Origin: the human T2T-CHM13v2.0 reference genome, Homo sapiens
Assembly (NCBI RefSeq): GCF_009914755.1
Contig: NC_060929.1
Length of the DNA: 64,000 nt
Reading direction: 5' to 3' (one strand)
This document shows, piece by piece, positions 38,279 to 54,386 of this stretch. Under the pieces are notes generated by a model, which had not been told where the DNA came from, searched no databases, and saw nothing but the letters and a program-made list of their open reading frames with translations. Position 1 is the first letter of the stretch. Every line of letters begins with the position of its first letter. The position numbers and the translations under genes are program-made.

Positions 38279-41200
38279 CCCAAAACAGAAAAAAAAATCC
38301 AGCTGAAATGAACGTTCCAGCCTGCATTTAACTCCATTTTAGTCTGCTTTTCAGTAACCAGGACAGCGACAAGCTTTTCTTTCTTGTCTTTTCTTTTTTT
38401 AAAAGAAAAAATTCCCTAACCAAAATATGGAATTCATCTGCATTGTAATCCCAAGTGGAGAGTGCACGCATTTCCTCTGGATCGTGCATCACTCACTCCC
38501 ACTCTCTCTCATTTCTCATGGACAATGAATGGAAACACTCCCTTGTAGGAATTTCAACCGCCACTTTGAGACAGATGTTTTGGAAACCACTGACAAGCTG
38601 CTTGTCACTGTGAGGCGGATCATACACTTTCACAGCCATTTGGTCCAAAACCACGCAGAGAGCGCTTCTTCACGTCCAGCTCCAATACGATCTGCAGGGT
38701 ATTAGATGGCTGATACTTAGCCACTTCTTCATGTCCCCCTTACCCAACACATTCCCCATCAGGAGGCAACACCGAAGGCTCTATCTCAGCAAAGTCACCA
38801 TTGTCTGCTATAGAATCAAGAGTAGGATTTCTCTGTGAAGATCCAGCATGGTCCAAGCCTTCAATGAAAACACTACTTTCAGGAAGAGAGTTAGGCACTT
38901 GGGAAAGAAAACGAACATTTTTAAGCCACCAAGGTACTGTTCATAAATGTCTGCTAGGCAAATGGGGACCTCATGGCTTGAAAGAGTTATTATTCAATAC
39001 TTCCCAAGCACCCACATAAGTTCATGTTTCTCCCTGAGGGCCTCACTTGCTCCATGAGACAAACTCACTACAGCGTTCATCTTGTTTAAAAAGACTTGGT
39101 GTGATGCGTGGAGGCCGATCATTCGAGCCACCTGGATGTGCTGTGAAATAGTTTCTCAAGCAGTCCCAGCTTTTCCAAATGCACCTATCAAAACAAACCT
39201 AAGTGCCTGTTAAATTCACTCTTTAGGAGACCTACTTTGTTCCAACAGAGTCAACTGACCGAAGATAACTTTCTGCAGAATCTAAGACACTCGCCTGAAC
39301 AATCTTATTGGCCAGAATAAAGAATAAGACACTGGTTCATATACATTTGGAAGGGTATGAAGTCAGTCAAGGGCAGACCCTCAAAAAGACTCATCCTTAC
39401 TTCTCAGTCTTTAGCTAAGGCCATGATACAGAGGCTGAAATGAAGAAACTAAGATACAATCTGAGAAAAATACCCAAACTTTAAAACTTAAAACCTGTGC
39501 AAAAGTTGCTCTCCTATACCTTGGTCATGTTACTTACTGAGTTCTAATTTCTACAGTACCACTAAAAACTCTGGAGTGACCGTCTGTGAGCCATTAAACC
39601 CAAGCACAAACGCACACTTTCAGGGCTGTACATGTCTGCGTAGTTTTTGCACACATTGTTAAGATTATACTGCTGGCTTATTTTCTCTATATTCTCTTTT
39701 CTACGATAAAGATCATTTACATGCAACATTAAATTTCAACCTTATATGGGGCAATTTTTGAGTGGATTGATCATAAAGCCGCATCTCTGGCAGGAAAGAC
39801 ACTTTTCAAAGTAGCCGTTCTGAGGCACTCCACTCACTAAAACCATGAGAGGGACACGGCAGCAGTGTATGCAAGGGCATCGGCTCTAGCCAAGAGGGCC
39901 TATCCCCACCCCCACTACTTTATCCTTGGGCAAACCACTCAACCTCAAGACTCAGCTTCCCCATGCATGAAACAGGGATAATAATAGAACCTACATTTTG
40001 TAGGATGAGCAATGCATCCTAGAAACAGTGATCAACAAATGGAAAGCTCTCCATAAATGATATTTTTTATCACATGATTCTCAGTAACCTCGACTCCAGG
40101 ACTTGCTGGTGCTTACTTAGAACACCACAATCTGGCAGAATCACCTGCACATATGACTAGAACTGGCCTCCTGTCTCCTTGCTACTTAGAGGTCACAGTC
40201 TGCGTCTTCTGTGTATATTGACTACGAGTTTCTTGATGACATAGTGGTCACACAGAAACATCTATTTGTTTAGTGCTTTGCTTTTGGCTGCTTCCAAATG
40301 TCTGTGGATTGATCGATGCAGATCCCAGAAATGTAATCATTAGTTGCCTGGCTAAAGAGGTTTCTCTCTGTTTGTTTTTATTAGAAGTCAGTCCTCTGAA
40401 CCTGTGGTTTGCAAACTTTCTTTTTGAGCATGAAACACTGTTTACAGAATCTGACAAACAACCCCAGTTCTGCATAGGAAACAGATGAAAGCAGAACTGT
40501 ACTGGTAAAAAAAAAAAAAAAGTAGGGGGTTGAGGAGGGTCCCCTTGGCCCCCATCACCTCCAGGTAGCTCCCAAAATGTCCCTAGAAAGTGGAACACTC
40601 TGTGGAACAGGCTCAGAAGGGCGCTGATCTAAACCATCCTTCCAATTTCCATCTTATGGCCTAGAAATGCCACTCAGCCCGAACCCTAAGAGGCTCACCG
40701 GGGCACTCCTGCTCCTCATCTCACGGCTGCATCAGTAACAACAGAGGCAGAGCCCACAAACCACGATCTTGTGCTTCCTAAATGTTCCCAACATGGCTGT
40801 GGGCTGGGCAGACACACAAACCCTTCCTTTCTTTGTTTTACTGACTACACATTGAGTTACATCAACTCCCCAAAAGCAATGTCCTAGGACCACAGTGTTT
40901 ACATGGCTGTGCCAGCCAGCACACATGACGTCTGATATCATTACTCTGGGCTTCTGGAGGAGCCATAGTGCATTTACACTTCTTTATACTCACTGAGCAG
41001 TGGCATGGAAACCAAGGTCAATCCAATCTATCAAAACCTCACCAAAATTTTAAAATAATTTGCAATGAAAATGCCTTTCTCATGGTGGAATACACAGTCC
41101 TTCCAATGTCTGTGAAGTACCAGCACAGTTTCCACACGTATGAAATATTAACAGGGACAAAAAAAAAATTGAGAAATTCAGAGGAGGGGATCAGGATAAC

Positions 41201-42458
41201 AAAGCAGCTGGAGAAAGTCATTGCTTCAGAAAGCACCAGGACTAGGAAGCAGGCCCCGCCTCCTCGGTTTAACTGCCGCTCAGCGGAAGCATGACGTAGG
41301 TCTCACTGTGGGAACCCAGAGGTACAGGGGGCCTGTTCAGGGTGGTCTGAGGGAGACTGGCCAGGAGGGTTGGGGCTGGAGCCAACCAACAAAATATCCC
41401 AACCCATCGTGAAGAAAATATTTCCTCCTCAGGAAAGGCCGCTACATCTCCCCAGGGAATGGCTGGAAGACTCCCAGCCTGAGTCATTCAGAAACAGATT
41501 TACAAAGCACTCGGGAGGATCCCGAGGGAATGATCAGGCCGAGATGGAGGAAGAGCCTTCATGACCAAGTGGGTCTTTTCCAGCTCCAGCTCCCATGACT
41601 GCAAGGTCCTTCTGGTTCTTCCCAACTCACTCTGGCCAGCACGGCTGTAGCATGACTGTCACGATCCTTGGCTCTGAGTGTTTTAAGGCCTGGATGTGTC
41701 GATGCAGAGGCCTCCCAGCTACGGTACATAAGCTACAGTCTGCACTTCCACGTAAAGAGCTCCACCCGGCCTTGGGGCATGGAGAAGGTAGTGGATGTTG
41801 TATCCAAGGAGCTGGTGCTGGCCCAGGCCCAGTCCCAAGCACTTGCCTGTCCAGCCTCCGTGGGGAGCGCCCACCAGCAGCCCTCTCACATTTCTGCATC
41901 TCACCAAAGGCCTGCTGAAAACAGGCCCCCTGTGACATCTGCTAATCAGATTTGCCCCTGGAGCCAGTAATAATTAAACTTGGTCTATGAAAGGAACACT
42001 GGAAAGGTCTCCCATCCCACAGCTGGTCAGCAAACAGAGCAGAAGGGCCGTATCTACAGCCATGTCTGTGTAAATCTTATTCAGCTGTCAGAATGAGCCC
42101 TAAGTGACACTGGTCACCCTCACAGGTAGCTGTCAGCCCTTGGAAAGCTGTTGCTGGGGGCAGCTATGAGGGCTAGAACTTCTCCCTCAGCTCCCCTCAC
42201 CTTTCCTAGGCAGCACTGGCAGACTTATGCTGGATCACGCACCCTGGGATTAAATGCCATTTTCTGTGCTGTTCCTCATGTGCCAAACATATTATGTGCT
42301 TGTTAACTATTCACCTGATTCAGGTTTCTGGAAAACTCCTATCCAGAAATTTAGATTTAAACCAGAAAAGCCTCCTAGAAAGTATCAGATTAGATAAGAA
42401 AATTGTATTTTTCTGTCTTATATCAGCATTTCTATTGGGTGATACTGCTTATGTTGGT

Positions 42459-42944
42459 TGTATCTGTTAACTATTGTTGAGTAACAAAGTGCCTTAACAT
42501 TTCATAGCTTAAAATACCTGATTATTTCTCACAATCCCAGGGTTCGGCTGGCTGTTCCTCTGCTGGTTTCTCCTGGGCTGGCTCACGATGGCTTTCAGCT
42601 AGTCAGCTGCGCAGGAAGGCCCACAAAGGCTTCCTTCACGTGTCTGGTCACGAATGCTGCCTGCCAACAGGGGAACCTTGGCTCTCCTCTGCAGGCCCCT
42701 TATCCTTCTGGGGCGAGACTGGCTTACTTACACAGAGGTCTCAGAGCAGAGTTCCAAGAAGGTGAAAGTGGAAGTAGTCAGACCCTTTGAGGCTGAGACT
42801 CTAGAACTTACACAACACTTCTGCCACATTTCAGCCATGAAGGGAAGTCAGAAGGCCAGCCCAGACCCAAGGGGCAGGGAAATAAGACTCCAGTTATTAA
42901 TGGCAGAGTGAAAAAGAATGTGCAACCATTTTTAACCTACCACA
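42459..42944 (-). mobile_element. Old MLT1-type MaLR LTR
   Basis: TGTATC.GTT..CTATTG..G.GTAACAAA...CACTTCTGCCACATT...AAGGCCAGCCCAGA...CCATTTTTAACCTACCACA. Confidence 0.75.
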
Positions 42945-44046
42945 TGTCAGCATCTCCCCAACTGGGTCAGAGTTATAGGAGTTCTGGGGCAGGGCCATAG
43001 GTACTCTGAGATCAAAGCAATCCCAGGACAGACACTGAGTCCTGTATCCCCTTGAAGAGCCACAACACACATTGGCATGCTGAAGACTCTGAGTAGCCCT
43101 CCAATAACAATAAATTCTGCTCGATTTTCTTTCATCAGGAGTAAGTTTATAGAGGCGGAGGAAGACCACTTTCCTGTAACACGATTTTGGAAAGTCTGGT
43201 CATGAGTTCTGGATTTTTAGAACAGTTCCAGTTGAATATATTTTGTCTTGCTGCCTTAATACATGTCCCATAAATGTTGCATCCATGTCTAAAATACCTT
43301 CCAATATGTGGAAGTAGCACACAATATGGTAATTCCTGAGTGGGGGTTATGACTCTAAAGGTCACCACAGTGCAGCTCTCCAGTAATTAGACATTAAGAA
43401 ACTTCCACTCAAAATCATCTTGATCCTTGAAAAACTTTCCTAGAAGTTATATGCAAAAAACTGGGGGTTGTTTTCTTCAGGTACAGTATTTCTGAGCATT
43501 GACAGAAGTCTTGATTCCTACAGAACAAATGTTACAATTCACTCTGAATAAATTCCACGTTTGAAATTCAATAACAATAAATAATATAACCCATAGTGGA
43601 TCAGGAGGCCAAGCTTGCACACAGGCTACTGGACCACTAGCAAACCACGCTACTTCTTACCTGCCTGTTGGCCACCAATCTGGAGCCTCCCATACAATTT
43701 TCTACTCCTTTGAAAAGAAAAGGCTCATCCATCTTCACAACCAGGTTCTCCACTTTCAACAGCCATGGCACGGAAGACATTGAACTAATACTCTAGTCAT
43801 GAGAACATGATGATCCCAATAGTGGGTGAAGATTCATGAGAGGAGGGCAAACTCAAACCAAGGATTCAGGCCGTTATGAAGAGAGCTCTCACAAGACCAA
43901 GAACAGTCAAGAGCAGTCTCAATTCAGGGCCCAAACTCCAAAATAGTCCCTATGCATGGAGAGGGAGAGCGCCGGAATGCAGTGAAGGCACAGGGAGACA
44001 CTGGATGCTGAACACAAGACTGAAAAAGGATCCTCTTTACTTCTGT

Positions 44047-44366
44047 TTTATTTATTTTTATTTATTTATTTATTTATTTATTTTGAGATGGATTCTCACT
44101 CTGTTGCCCAAGCTGGAGTGCAGTGGCATGATCTCGGCTCACTGCAATCTCCGCCTCCCGGGTTCAAGAAATTCTCTTGCCTCAGCCCCCTGAATGGCTG
44201 GGATTACAGGTTTCCACCACCAGGCTTGGCTAATTTTTGTATTTTTGGTAGACACGAGGTTTTGCCATGTTGGCCAGGCTGGTCTGGAACTCCTCATCTC
44301 AAGTGATCTGCCCATCTCAGCCTCCCAAAGTGCTGGGATTACAGGCGTCAGTCACTGTGCCCAGCC
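44047..44366 (-). mobile_element. AluS with (TTTA)n tail
   Basis: Antisense Alu; TSD TACTTCTGT.TTTA. Confidence 0.95.
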
Positions 44367-45068
44367 ATACTTCTGTATTTATTCTCATATTGGAGAGAAT
44401 GTCTGACAAAGGGAATAGAGAGAATTTATTTTTATCTTGCTGCTGAAACAGCTTCTTAGAATTAGTGATTCTTACCTCATTCACTAAACAATGGTGATTC
44501 ACCAAAAGACAGAGCAGTCAGTGGCCAATTTACTAACTTGGACTCAAAACATCCTACCATTCCTTCTTGGGTGTCAAATATTTTTAAACCCTTTTCTTAC
44601 ATTGTAAAATCATCAGGGAAACATCTCCTGGAAGCCTAACTGCAATTTCAAAGGATGGAATAAAAGTGAATCTAGAGGAACGGGGAATTCCGTGGGAAAA
44701 AACACCTCATAAATGATAAAAGAGGAAGTAGAAATTTCTAAGGAATTGTGAGTGCATTGGTCTAAGAAATAAACAAGGTAACTTCTTGGAAGAGTTCCAT
44801 AGCAAAGTCATTTGGGGAGCCTTTTTGAGAATGGCTGAACGTCAAATCTTATGGGCAATTTTGAATTTAAAGAGCCAAGAGATCAGTCAGTCCAAGACTT
44901 GGTGAGTTGGTAATTGGGCCTACTGTCCTGGGGGTTCCTAGGTTTGTATCTGGGGGCCACTTCAGCTCCTGGTCCTAATTCACCCTGAGAAATGGCTCCA
45001 GGCCCTGGACACCACCTTGAGCTGTCTTTCCCTCTAACAAGGTAGCTATTCAATCAGAAATAAAAGAC

Positions 45069-45980
<912 letters not shown>

Positions 45981-47669
45981 AGACAAAGACAACTAAAGGG
46001 ATTTAGCTGCTTAACGTAATAAGGGGGAAACCTGATGCCAACTTATTCCTTTGTTTCCTTTCTCAATCCATGTACTGAAGGATTCTAAGAGCAGGTATGC
46101 TCCTCTGGCACGGCCAAAGGCACCAGCACACTAATGCTATGAGAGAACTACTGCAGGGGGGAAAGAATTAGGGAAAAATAAGCATGATCAATTCTGTGTA
46201 CTATTAAATCTAGCTAGATGCAGGGGATGTAGCACATTTGGGACTTGTTGGAATGATAGAAAATATATGGCAAATAAACAATAAATATTTCAGGTATAAT
46301 ATTGTCCAAGTGCATAAAGCGTGTCAATTTCTCCTTCAACAAAGCGTCACGGGCTATACAGAATCGCCAACCAGCCATGTAGCACAAATTGTTGGTTTCG
46401 CTATCCAAACGCCACACCTTTGGGACTTGGAACCCCACAGAAGTTCTGCAGGCTCCATTAATCATCCTGCACCTAAGTTGTTCCTACGATGGCAGGATGT
46501 TTGGTGGAAATCTGGATGTGAGTCAACAGAAATGGGTTCGCCACAAATGGTGCATGCCTTTGGACATTCGTGTGGAAGAAATGGTAAAAGCAGGGACAAA
46601 GCTTTCAGAACTTTCACAAGGTGACCTCTCCTGCCTACCTTCACAACTTCGCCACCTCATATATCTGTCACCCCAAACCACTCACTACTTCCTGACCACA
46701 CTCTGCACTTCCGCATCTCCTTGCCTTTGCCCACACTCGTCTCTGCCAGGACTGCCATTCCCCTCTTTCATCCCTTGGCAAAAGCTAGTCATTTTCAAGG
46801 CCCAATTGAGAAGTCATGGCTCCAGCATGCCTTCTCCAGCTGGCAGAATTGTTCCCTCCTCTGTCCCCAATATAATTGGTTGACCACAGCAGCAGTGACT
46901 TCTCTGCTTGTCCTCTCATGGCTGGGTTGGGGGCCTTTAAGGACAAGGACACTTTGGTACTGTTGCTCTAGCATCACACAATAGCTCTAAGTGATTAAAT
47001 ATCTGTAGTGTCCAGATCATATCCCCTCACCCACTACATGACAAGAATGGAAGAGCTGATAGGGTATTAGGATATATTTTCCAGGTTGTATCAACAAGGA
47101 TTCTGCATTAATAAAATAGGAATAGAAAACACACAGCGCAGAAGGATTCTTCAGGTCCACTGACAGCACTGATTCCACCTTCTTTCCTTCCCCAGGAATT
47201 TCCCCAAGTAATGAAGGTAGCTCTGCTCAGACTTGGCTGGCCACAGACTTCCGTCAGATTTTTGTTTTCTTCCAGATCTGACTACATGGAAAAAATACCG
47301 TAATTTCCTTGTGGACCTAGTTATAATTCTGTAGGCTGATTAGCTCTGAGGAAATTTCAACCCTACAAGGAGCCCTGACAATTCAGTTGTCCCATTTGTG
47401 ATTATAATGGTTTGTCAGTGTTTGTTGTTGAGGCACAATATGTCATTTGGGGAGCAACATTTAGACACCTCTCCAAGATTCTCCCTGCGTTCCCCATTTC
47501 AGGATCAGTGGTATCAAATTCTTACCTCTTTTACATTTACTCCAGCATTGATCAGGCGCTGATCTATTTTAAGTACATTCCACTGGAAATCTCTGCACGT
47601 GCTTCCTTCCTGACCACTGAAGTGTCTCGCTTAGACAGACTTGTCTATCAGTGTTGAAAACTTACGACA

Positions 47670-48079
47670 GTGCAAGGGGCAGACACTGTGCGCGCCTGCT
47701 GCACCTCAAGCCCCCGTTCCTGCACACGCTTACAGCGAGCACCCAGGACTTCCACCTGAGGGCTCTCTTTTGGCCCCACAAGGAGTTGGCCCTTAAGTGC
47801 TGGTCTCAGAAGTGGTTAGTTAACGACAGAGAGGAGTTGGAGAGGACATATCCCAGATCTTGCTGGCCCAGCTGGGATAATTCTGATGGAAGTCTCATAG
47901 AATTCACTAGAGATGGAGCCTCAGGTGCCCACAGCAGCAATGCCATCTCTTTATTGGCTCTCTTCTCCTATTTCACACCCCTATTCCCTTAACAACGTTT
48001 TCCAGGTTTACCTCCCAAGTCACCTACTTGCACTTGAATCCCTGCTGCAGAATCTGCTTTTGGGGAACCCAACCTAAGA
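47670..48079 (+). mobile_element. LTR16-like ERVL LTR
   Basis: 3' end CTACTTGCACTTGAATCC...TCTGCTTTTGGGGAACCCAACCTAAGA. Confidence 0.55.
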
Positions 48080-49789
48080 AAAGTACCAGACTAAAGCCAC
48101 TTGATACAGATAAGGGAAGGCAGACCCAAGGGCAGCCCCATCATCAGGTATAGGAAAGATTTTCAGCAAATAAAACACTGCCATGGCTTATTCGTGCTGA
48201 GGAAACTTTCCGTGTCACAGCCATAAGGAGCCTGACAGCCTCAGGAAGTGAACTGAGCTGTCTCAGATCTTGGGGAATTGTGTGTCATATGTGTTCTAAA
48301 AACGGATTGGATTTCAGGGGCCATTTCCAACTTCCATGGTATTAAATTTCCTTTTATTCTTCCCAGCACCATATTTCCAATAAGCCCTAAAAAAACTTAC
48401 CCCTGGGGAAGGATATTTTGCTATATTAATAAAGTCTTTGAATCCTTAGGAGACAAATCATCATATTTTCATCTCAAAAATATTAATTTTACTCCCTTAA
48501 AGAATCTTATGAAAATATTTGTATTTCTTGCCTGAGTTCCCTGGGAGGTAAGCTGAAAAACTAGCTAATAAAGGATAATTCCAATGTAACCAAAAAAATG
48601 CATATTGAAATATGGAAATAATTAAGGTCCCAAGAAAACATCAAGTCTTCAAATCAAAGCCCTTTAACTAGAAAGTATTGTCCAGGGACTCACATGAATA
48701 CTATACATTAGACAGTATTCTAGGCATGTTTTGATTTAAACCAAGCAAGGAGGTAAAAACTTAATTTCTATAAATGGTAAATTAATAGGTGAGAATTCAC
48801 TCCATACAGAGAATTTAAAATAGATTCCATTAAAGTAGCATACTCTGCAAAATATCAACTTTCATTTGTTTTAGAGAAATCTAGTTTATCCATTGTGTAA
48901 GACTATTTCTAATTGGGAAAACAGACATTCACTCATTCTGGAAGTGAAGCCTGGACTAAGAAAGGAGGAACATGGAAGGAGGAAGGAGGACAGACAGGAA
49001 TTCATAAAACCAATGGGATGTGGGCAGAGGGGGAAAGAGGGATTTCTGGTAGATGGGGTAAAAGGTCTTTCTACTGGAAGTGGGGACCCAGGCCACAGGG
49101 CCAGTCAAGAGAGAAGGAGAGTTTCACTTGGGGGCATGCTAAATTAAAAATGTCAGTGGGACACCAGGGGAAGACCCCAACAGGCAGCTGGCTGGATGGG
49201 TCTGCACCTGGAGGAGAGGGTCTGGCCTGCAAGTAGCAGCTGAAGCCACAGAGTGGGCTGGAAAAGCCAGAGGATGCGAAAAGGTAAGGGAGAAAAGGGG
49301 ACCAAAGATGACCCAGAGACCTTGATGAAGGGGCAGGCAAAAGAAGTCAGCCAGGTAGACTGAGAAGAAACATCAGGAGAGGAGAAGCAGGTGAGAAGCA
49401 CTTCATGGGGTCCATGAGCCAACATGTTCTGTTTCTTCCTCTTCTTCTGACAATAGAAGTTATACCCTGTCTGCCCTGAACAGGCAGAGTGGAATCAAAA
49501 GTACCAGGGCAGGATGAGGGTGACAATGAGGGGCTCATGAGGTGTGGGTGAGGTGGGACAGGGGCACCCACTGGGCAGGGCTAACTTTCCAGATGGGGGC
49601 AGTCACAACCAAGAAGCCACATGAGAACTTTGAGCTGTGTTCTCTTTGATACTTCCACACCTGACTTCCCCTCAAACGTAGGACACTTTTGTGTGAGTTA
49701 ACAATTACAGAGCATACAATACATGTAAAATTATGCATTCCAATAAACTTTTCTAGGAAAATGGGCCAAGGTCATAAATGTCACTATTA

Positions 49790-50400
49790 TCATAAATGAG
49801 AGTTTCACCTAAAGGACAAACATGAACAAACAATTCAGAAAAGACAAACTTCAAACAACTATTCTATTTAGGAAAACATTAGATGTGGTCAATAATAAAA
49901 ACAGTAACAAAATGAGATGCCATTCTCACCTCACAAACTAGCAAAGACTTAAGAACTGATAACTCATTCCTGATTAGGGGGACATACAATGGGTGCTCTC
50001 TTATACTGCCAATGAGGGCCCAACTTTCCTGGAAATATTTTTTATAACTAAATAATAATATCCATAAAAGGATATTCAAGGTTGATATTTAATGGTTTAA
50101 AAAAATCAGAACTCAAATGTCAAAATTAGAAAGCAGGTTAAAATGGTTTAAGATATACATCATAAGACAGAATACTGAAGATTTCTTTAAAAAAGGAACT
50201 TATAATGACATGAGGAAATATTTATAATATTAAACAAAAAAGTAACAAAATAAAGTTATATACAGAGTAAGAACTCAGTTATGTAAAGAAAAGAATGTAC
50301 AAAAAGGGATACTCTTAGGAACTTGGACAGTAGATTACCAGTGGTGACCCCTAAGGGAACTGATTTTTTCCCTGCATGCTTATACATTTCTGTATGAACT
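49790..50400 (+). mobile_element. Old L1M fragment
   Basis: A-rich; AAAATGAGATGCCATTCTCACC...ACTAGCAAAGA resembles the degenerate end of L1 ORF2. Confidence 0.55.
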
Positions 50401-50457
50401 TGGGTGATTTTGATAACTGGGGGGACAGGTCACACATAAACAGCTTCTGGCAATCCT

Positions 50458-50530
50458 TTTTTTTTTTTATACTTTAAGTTCTAGGGTACATGTGCACAAC
50501 ATGCAGGTTTGTTACATATGTAGACATGTG
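50458..50530 (-). mobile_element. 73-bp L1PA 3' terminus
   Basis: Poly-T + TATACTTTAAGTTCTAGGGTACATGTGCACAAC; 12-bp TSD TCTGGCAATCCT. Confidence 0.93.
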
Positions 50531-52007
50531 TCTGGCAATCCTAGTCCAGCCATAATAATATATATGTAAGGGCTGTTGCTTGGCTTCAAGAGTATACCAG
50601 TGTTCAAGGTCACCAGAGAAGACTGAATGTGACCTTTGGGCAGGTGAAAAACCACCTTTGCTTTAAGATGTGCAGATGATGTAAATATGCAAGCATACAA
50701 CACAGAATACCACAGCACTGAAAGAAAGGTATAGCTTCTAGGGGTTTGCCCCAACAACTTTCTCTGCAACCATTCTTTTACCAAAATGCCTGCCAGTTTC
50801 CAGATGAATAGACTTAATATACCTGATGTGGGACATAATGGCCCAAAACTGGTGACCCTGACCTTGAATGAGAAGTCCATGAAAGCACTTGACCACCACC
50901 CTGCACTGTATCTTTCCAATCCACAGTCACTCCATGAATGCTAGGAGAAAAATGGATCGGACTTCAACTGAATCACAGATGTAGTCTGAGAATGAAGCAA
51001 GGAGGCAGAATGTGGTGGCAAGGCAGCCAGAGGAGACCAGCTCTTTCAGACCAGTCACATTAGATTCCTAACATGACCCTGAGTCAAAGTTGCCTTCATT
51101 ACGTGAAAGAGATGTAAATTAACAACAGGAAGTGTCCACCTCCTAACACCACTTGGCCACAGTTATAGAACAATTTGGATCAAAATCAGGTACGTTTCCA
51201 AGTTCATTCGGACTTGCCAAATAGCCTTAAAAGCTTTTCACAGATTGTTCTGGGATGGTAACATAAGGTACAGAGATGAGGCCAACCCCATTTTTAGAGG
51301 CTGCCTGCTACCTTGGCTCTGTAACATGTGCCAAGTGGCTGGCCTGTGGCTCTGGGGATGCCAGTGCGAGGGGTGTCTAGAAGGACAGGACCATTGTATG
51401 ACTAACGGTTCCACCCAGCATCAGAGCATGAAAGAAAGCAAAGATTACAAAAACTTTATTGCAATTTGAATTGAATTAATCCAAGAGAATAGAGATTAAA
51501 TCAATATTTAATTCAGTAGAGGTCAGTTTCAGTTAGGGAGTCATGATGACGTTTCAAAGAGCAGACACGGTATTTACAGGGGCAGCATCTCAGAACTTCA
51601 GGGATACGCTATTGCCTTCTTTAGTGGCAAGCAGGGTTTGCTGTGGTTTGGCATGGGAAATTATTTTAAATAAGAATACTAAATAAAAATATATACAGCT
51701 ATTATTTACCTATGTTAACAAGCTTCATATAAAAGCATACATTCGTTATACAGGGATGATAAGGGGACACCCCTACACGATCCCAGTGTACGCTCATTCA
51801 TCTGAGTTCAATTAGACCACCTTCCTTTCTGGGAGCAATTTTTAAAACTGGATTGTTAAAATAAAAAAGCTTTCTCAGGAAGGATCAGGAGGATTCTTCA
51901 TGCAGATGGAATGACAACAGGAGTACCAACTGGAACCAAATCTACCTGCTGGGAGATTTGCATATAGCCTTTTTCATGGACTTCCACTGATCACAACAAA
52001 ACTATAC

Positions 52008-52132
52008 ATTTTTCTTTTCAGAGACAGGGTCTTGCTATGTGGCCCAGGCTGGTCTCAAACTCCTGGGCTCAAGCAATCCTCCCACCTCAGCCTCCTGAAT
52101 ACTGGGATTACAGGTGCATGTCTGTGCCAGGC
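52008..52132 (-). mobile_element. FLAM / Alu monomer
   Basis: Single Alu monomer; TSD TATACATTT. Confidence 0.85.
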
Positions 52133-54386
52133 TTATACATTTATTACGGGAGATCCAAAACATCCCTGTGGACTAATCTGATTGGATAGAGGACCAGAAT
52201 TCTTTGTGCAATAATCCATCAGACAGAAGGCCAGAATCTACCGGAACATGGGCACTCCGGTCACATCAACACTGAGAAGAGATCTTTTCCACCGAGGGAA
52301 AACATGCATTCTTCTTAAACCTCCAGGCTTCACCTCCTCTCCCCAGAGCAGATGACTTTTTTTCCCACTGCTCAAAAGAACTGAGCCACAACATAAGAAT
52401 TCTCTTAAGGCCTATTCCCTGTATTTTCAGCTTACCTATGGCAGTGCACCTCCTGTGCCACAGAGAGCTGCCCTGTTCCTGTCCAAAGCTAACTCCCTGG
52501 GTACCTGCCTCCATGAGGCTATGTTTCATCAGTCGGCTGCAGCCCTGCCCACCCTACTCTCCCAAACTTCCCTTTTAGTCCTCATCATTTCTTGCCAGTG
52601 ATGCCTTCCTATCTGCTTTCCTGGCCTCTGGTCAGCTGCTCCAGTGGTGCCTTCTTAATGTTCAACTTTACTTTTTGGCTTAAAAGAAATTTTGTGGCTT
52701 CCCAAATTATATTATTTTGTGGCCATACTCCCAAATACTTACAAAGTGGATGTTATAGTTAAGCCCCCATTCACTCTTCAATTTGACCAACATTTACTGA
52801 GCAAATATATGTATCAGGCACTGTGCTGGATAGTCTATAATGTCAGACATTGCACTGGGCATCGAGGATATACTACAAAACTCACACCTGCCCTTGTGAA
52901 GTTTATAGTCCATCAAGGGAAGCAACTTTTCATAGAAAGAGAATACCCCTGCTGGAGAGAAGCCCCAGAAGTCTTCTGTGGGATACGACTAGTTAGAAGT
53001 CTCATCAGAAAAAAGATACATTGTCAACATGCAAGTAACAAAATTAGAAAATGACAAAAAGAACTACATCCATTTTGTCTTCACTGCATTTAATTACTCT
53101 GATTTGTTTTGTTAAATCTTGAATATCACTGTCGATTTCTACTTTACCATTTTTCCCCTCCCAGGACCCTATATTTGGTCCAATTTACCATCGAGTAAAG
53201 GGAGAAGGTTGTTACACTTTCTCTTAATAAATGCTTCCTATACCTATTGACTGCTTCCAAATCGATGGTATAAATGTATCCTATACTCTAATATTGGAAT
53301 TTAAGAAGATCAGTATCATAACAATTAAACTGTGCAAGGAAAAGCCACCTTTCTTCAGCTAAAGATTCTTCAAAAAATTTGATAATGGTTTCTATTTAAT
53401 ATAGAAGTATCAATCCTGCTTAATTCCTAGACAGAGCTTTTAACTGTACCACCCATCTGCTCAGTCTGGAAAAATACAACAATGGCGATGTATTTGCTGT
53501 GGTTATTACACGAAAGAATACAGGCATCACAGACTGAGTACAAACAATCAAAGAATTTTAACAAGAAAAGCGGCCAGTGTCGATTGGCACCAACTACAGA
53601 GGAACAGAATGACAGAGAATAGCTATCCTCACCACCATCACCTCATAAGGGATGTGGCCTATCCTCAAACCCAGACAAGTATGATTCTGAATCAAACACT
53701 CTACCCACTGCCTCTCAGAATGCACATAAGTGCCACTAGGGCATCAATGTGAAACAAACATACTGATAACCTTACTTATATTACCTTCTCATGTTTCCTA
53801 CAACTGCTGCCGAAAACTAAGCATCTAGCCAGCAATCATGCCCTTGGCAATATATCTCCATATTTCTGGTACCATGGTAAGAAGACAGTGCTGAATCACC
53901 ATGGGTAATTAAAAGTCATTTTGTCCTAGATGACTGTTCCTAAACTGATCTCCCGGGGCATAGCAGTATGTGACACCAGGAACATGGCACCTGCAACAAA
54001 TGTCAAAGTCAACAATCATGAAGGAGGGGGATCATTTAGCTGAAAACACTGGTTTCATATCCTAGGGAGTGGTTGTGAGGGGAAGGCTCTGAGGGCTCCC
54101 CTTGACAGCTTCATGAGGCAGTGGAAGCCAAAGGACTGCAAGGAAAGTAAAAACAGACCTTAAGCTGTATTACACAAGGCTTACGTAACTTGTTTGCTAT
54201 GCATTTTTTCTTTTTTTCCTCCCAATTCTGAATATTTAAAACATTTCTCAAACCTGTTAATTGTCAGACTATGAACAAAACCTTAAAAAAAGAAAAAACC
54301 CACTTTCATAATCTTCAAAAACTAATAGGGAAAATAGTATTTTACTTGATAAATTAGAAACTATCCAATTTTATGGTACTCTAGAA

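Noticed and set aside
46238-46883. 128- and 164-aa overlapping ORFs as a possible processed pseudogene
   Set aside because: No recognisable protein similarity, poly-A tail or TSD; the 3' part runs into L2-like sequence.
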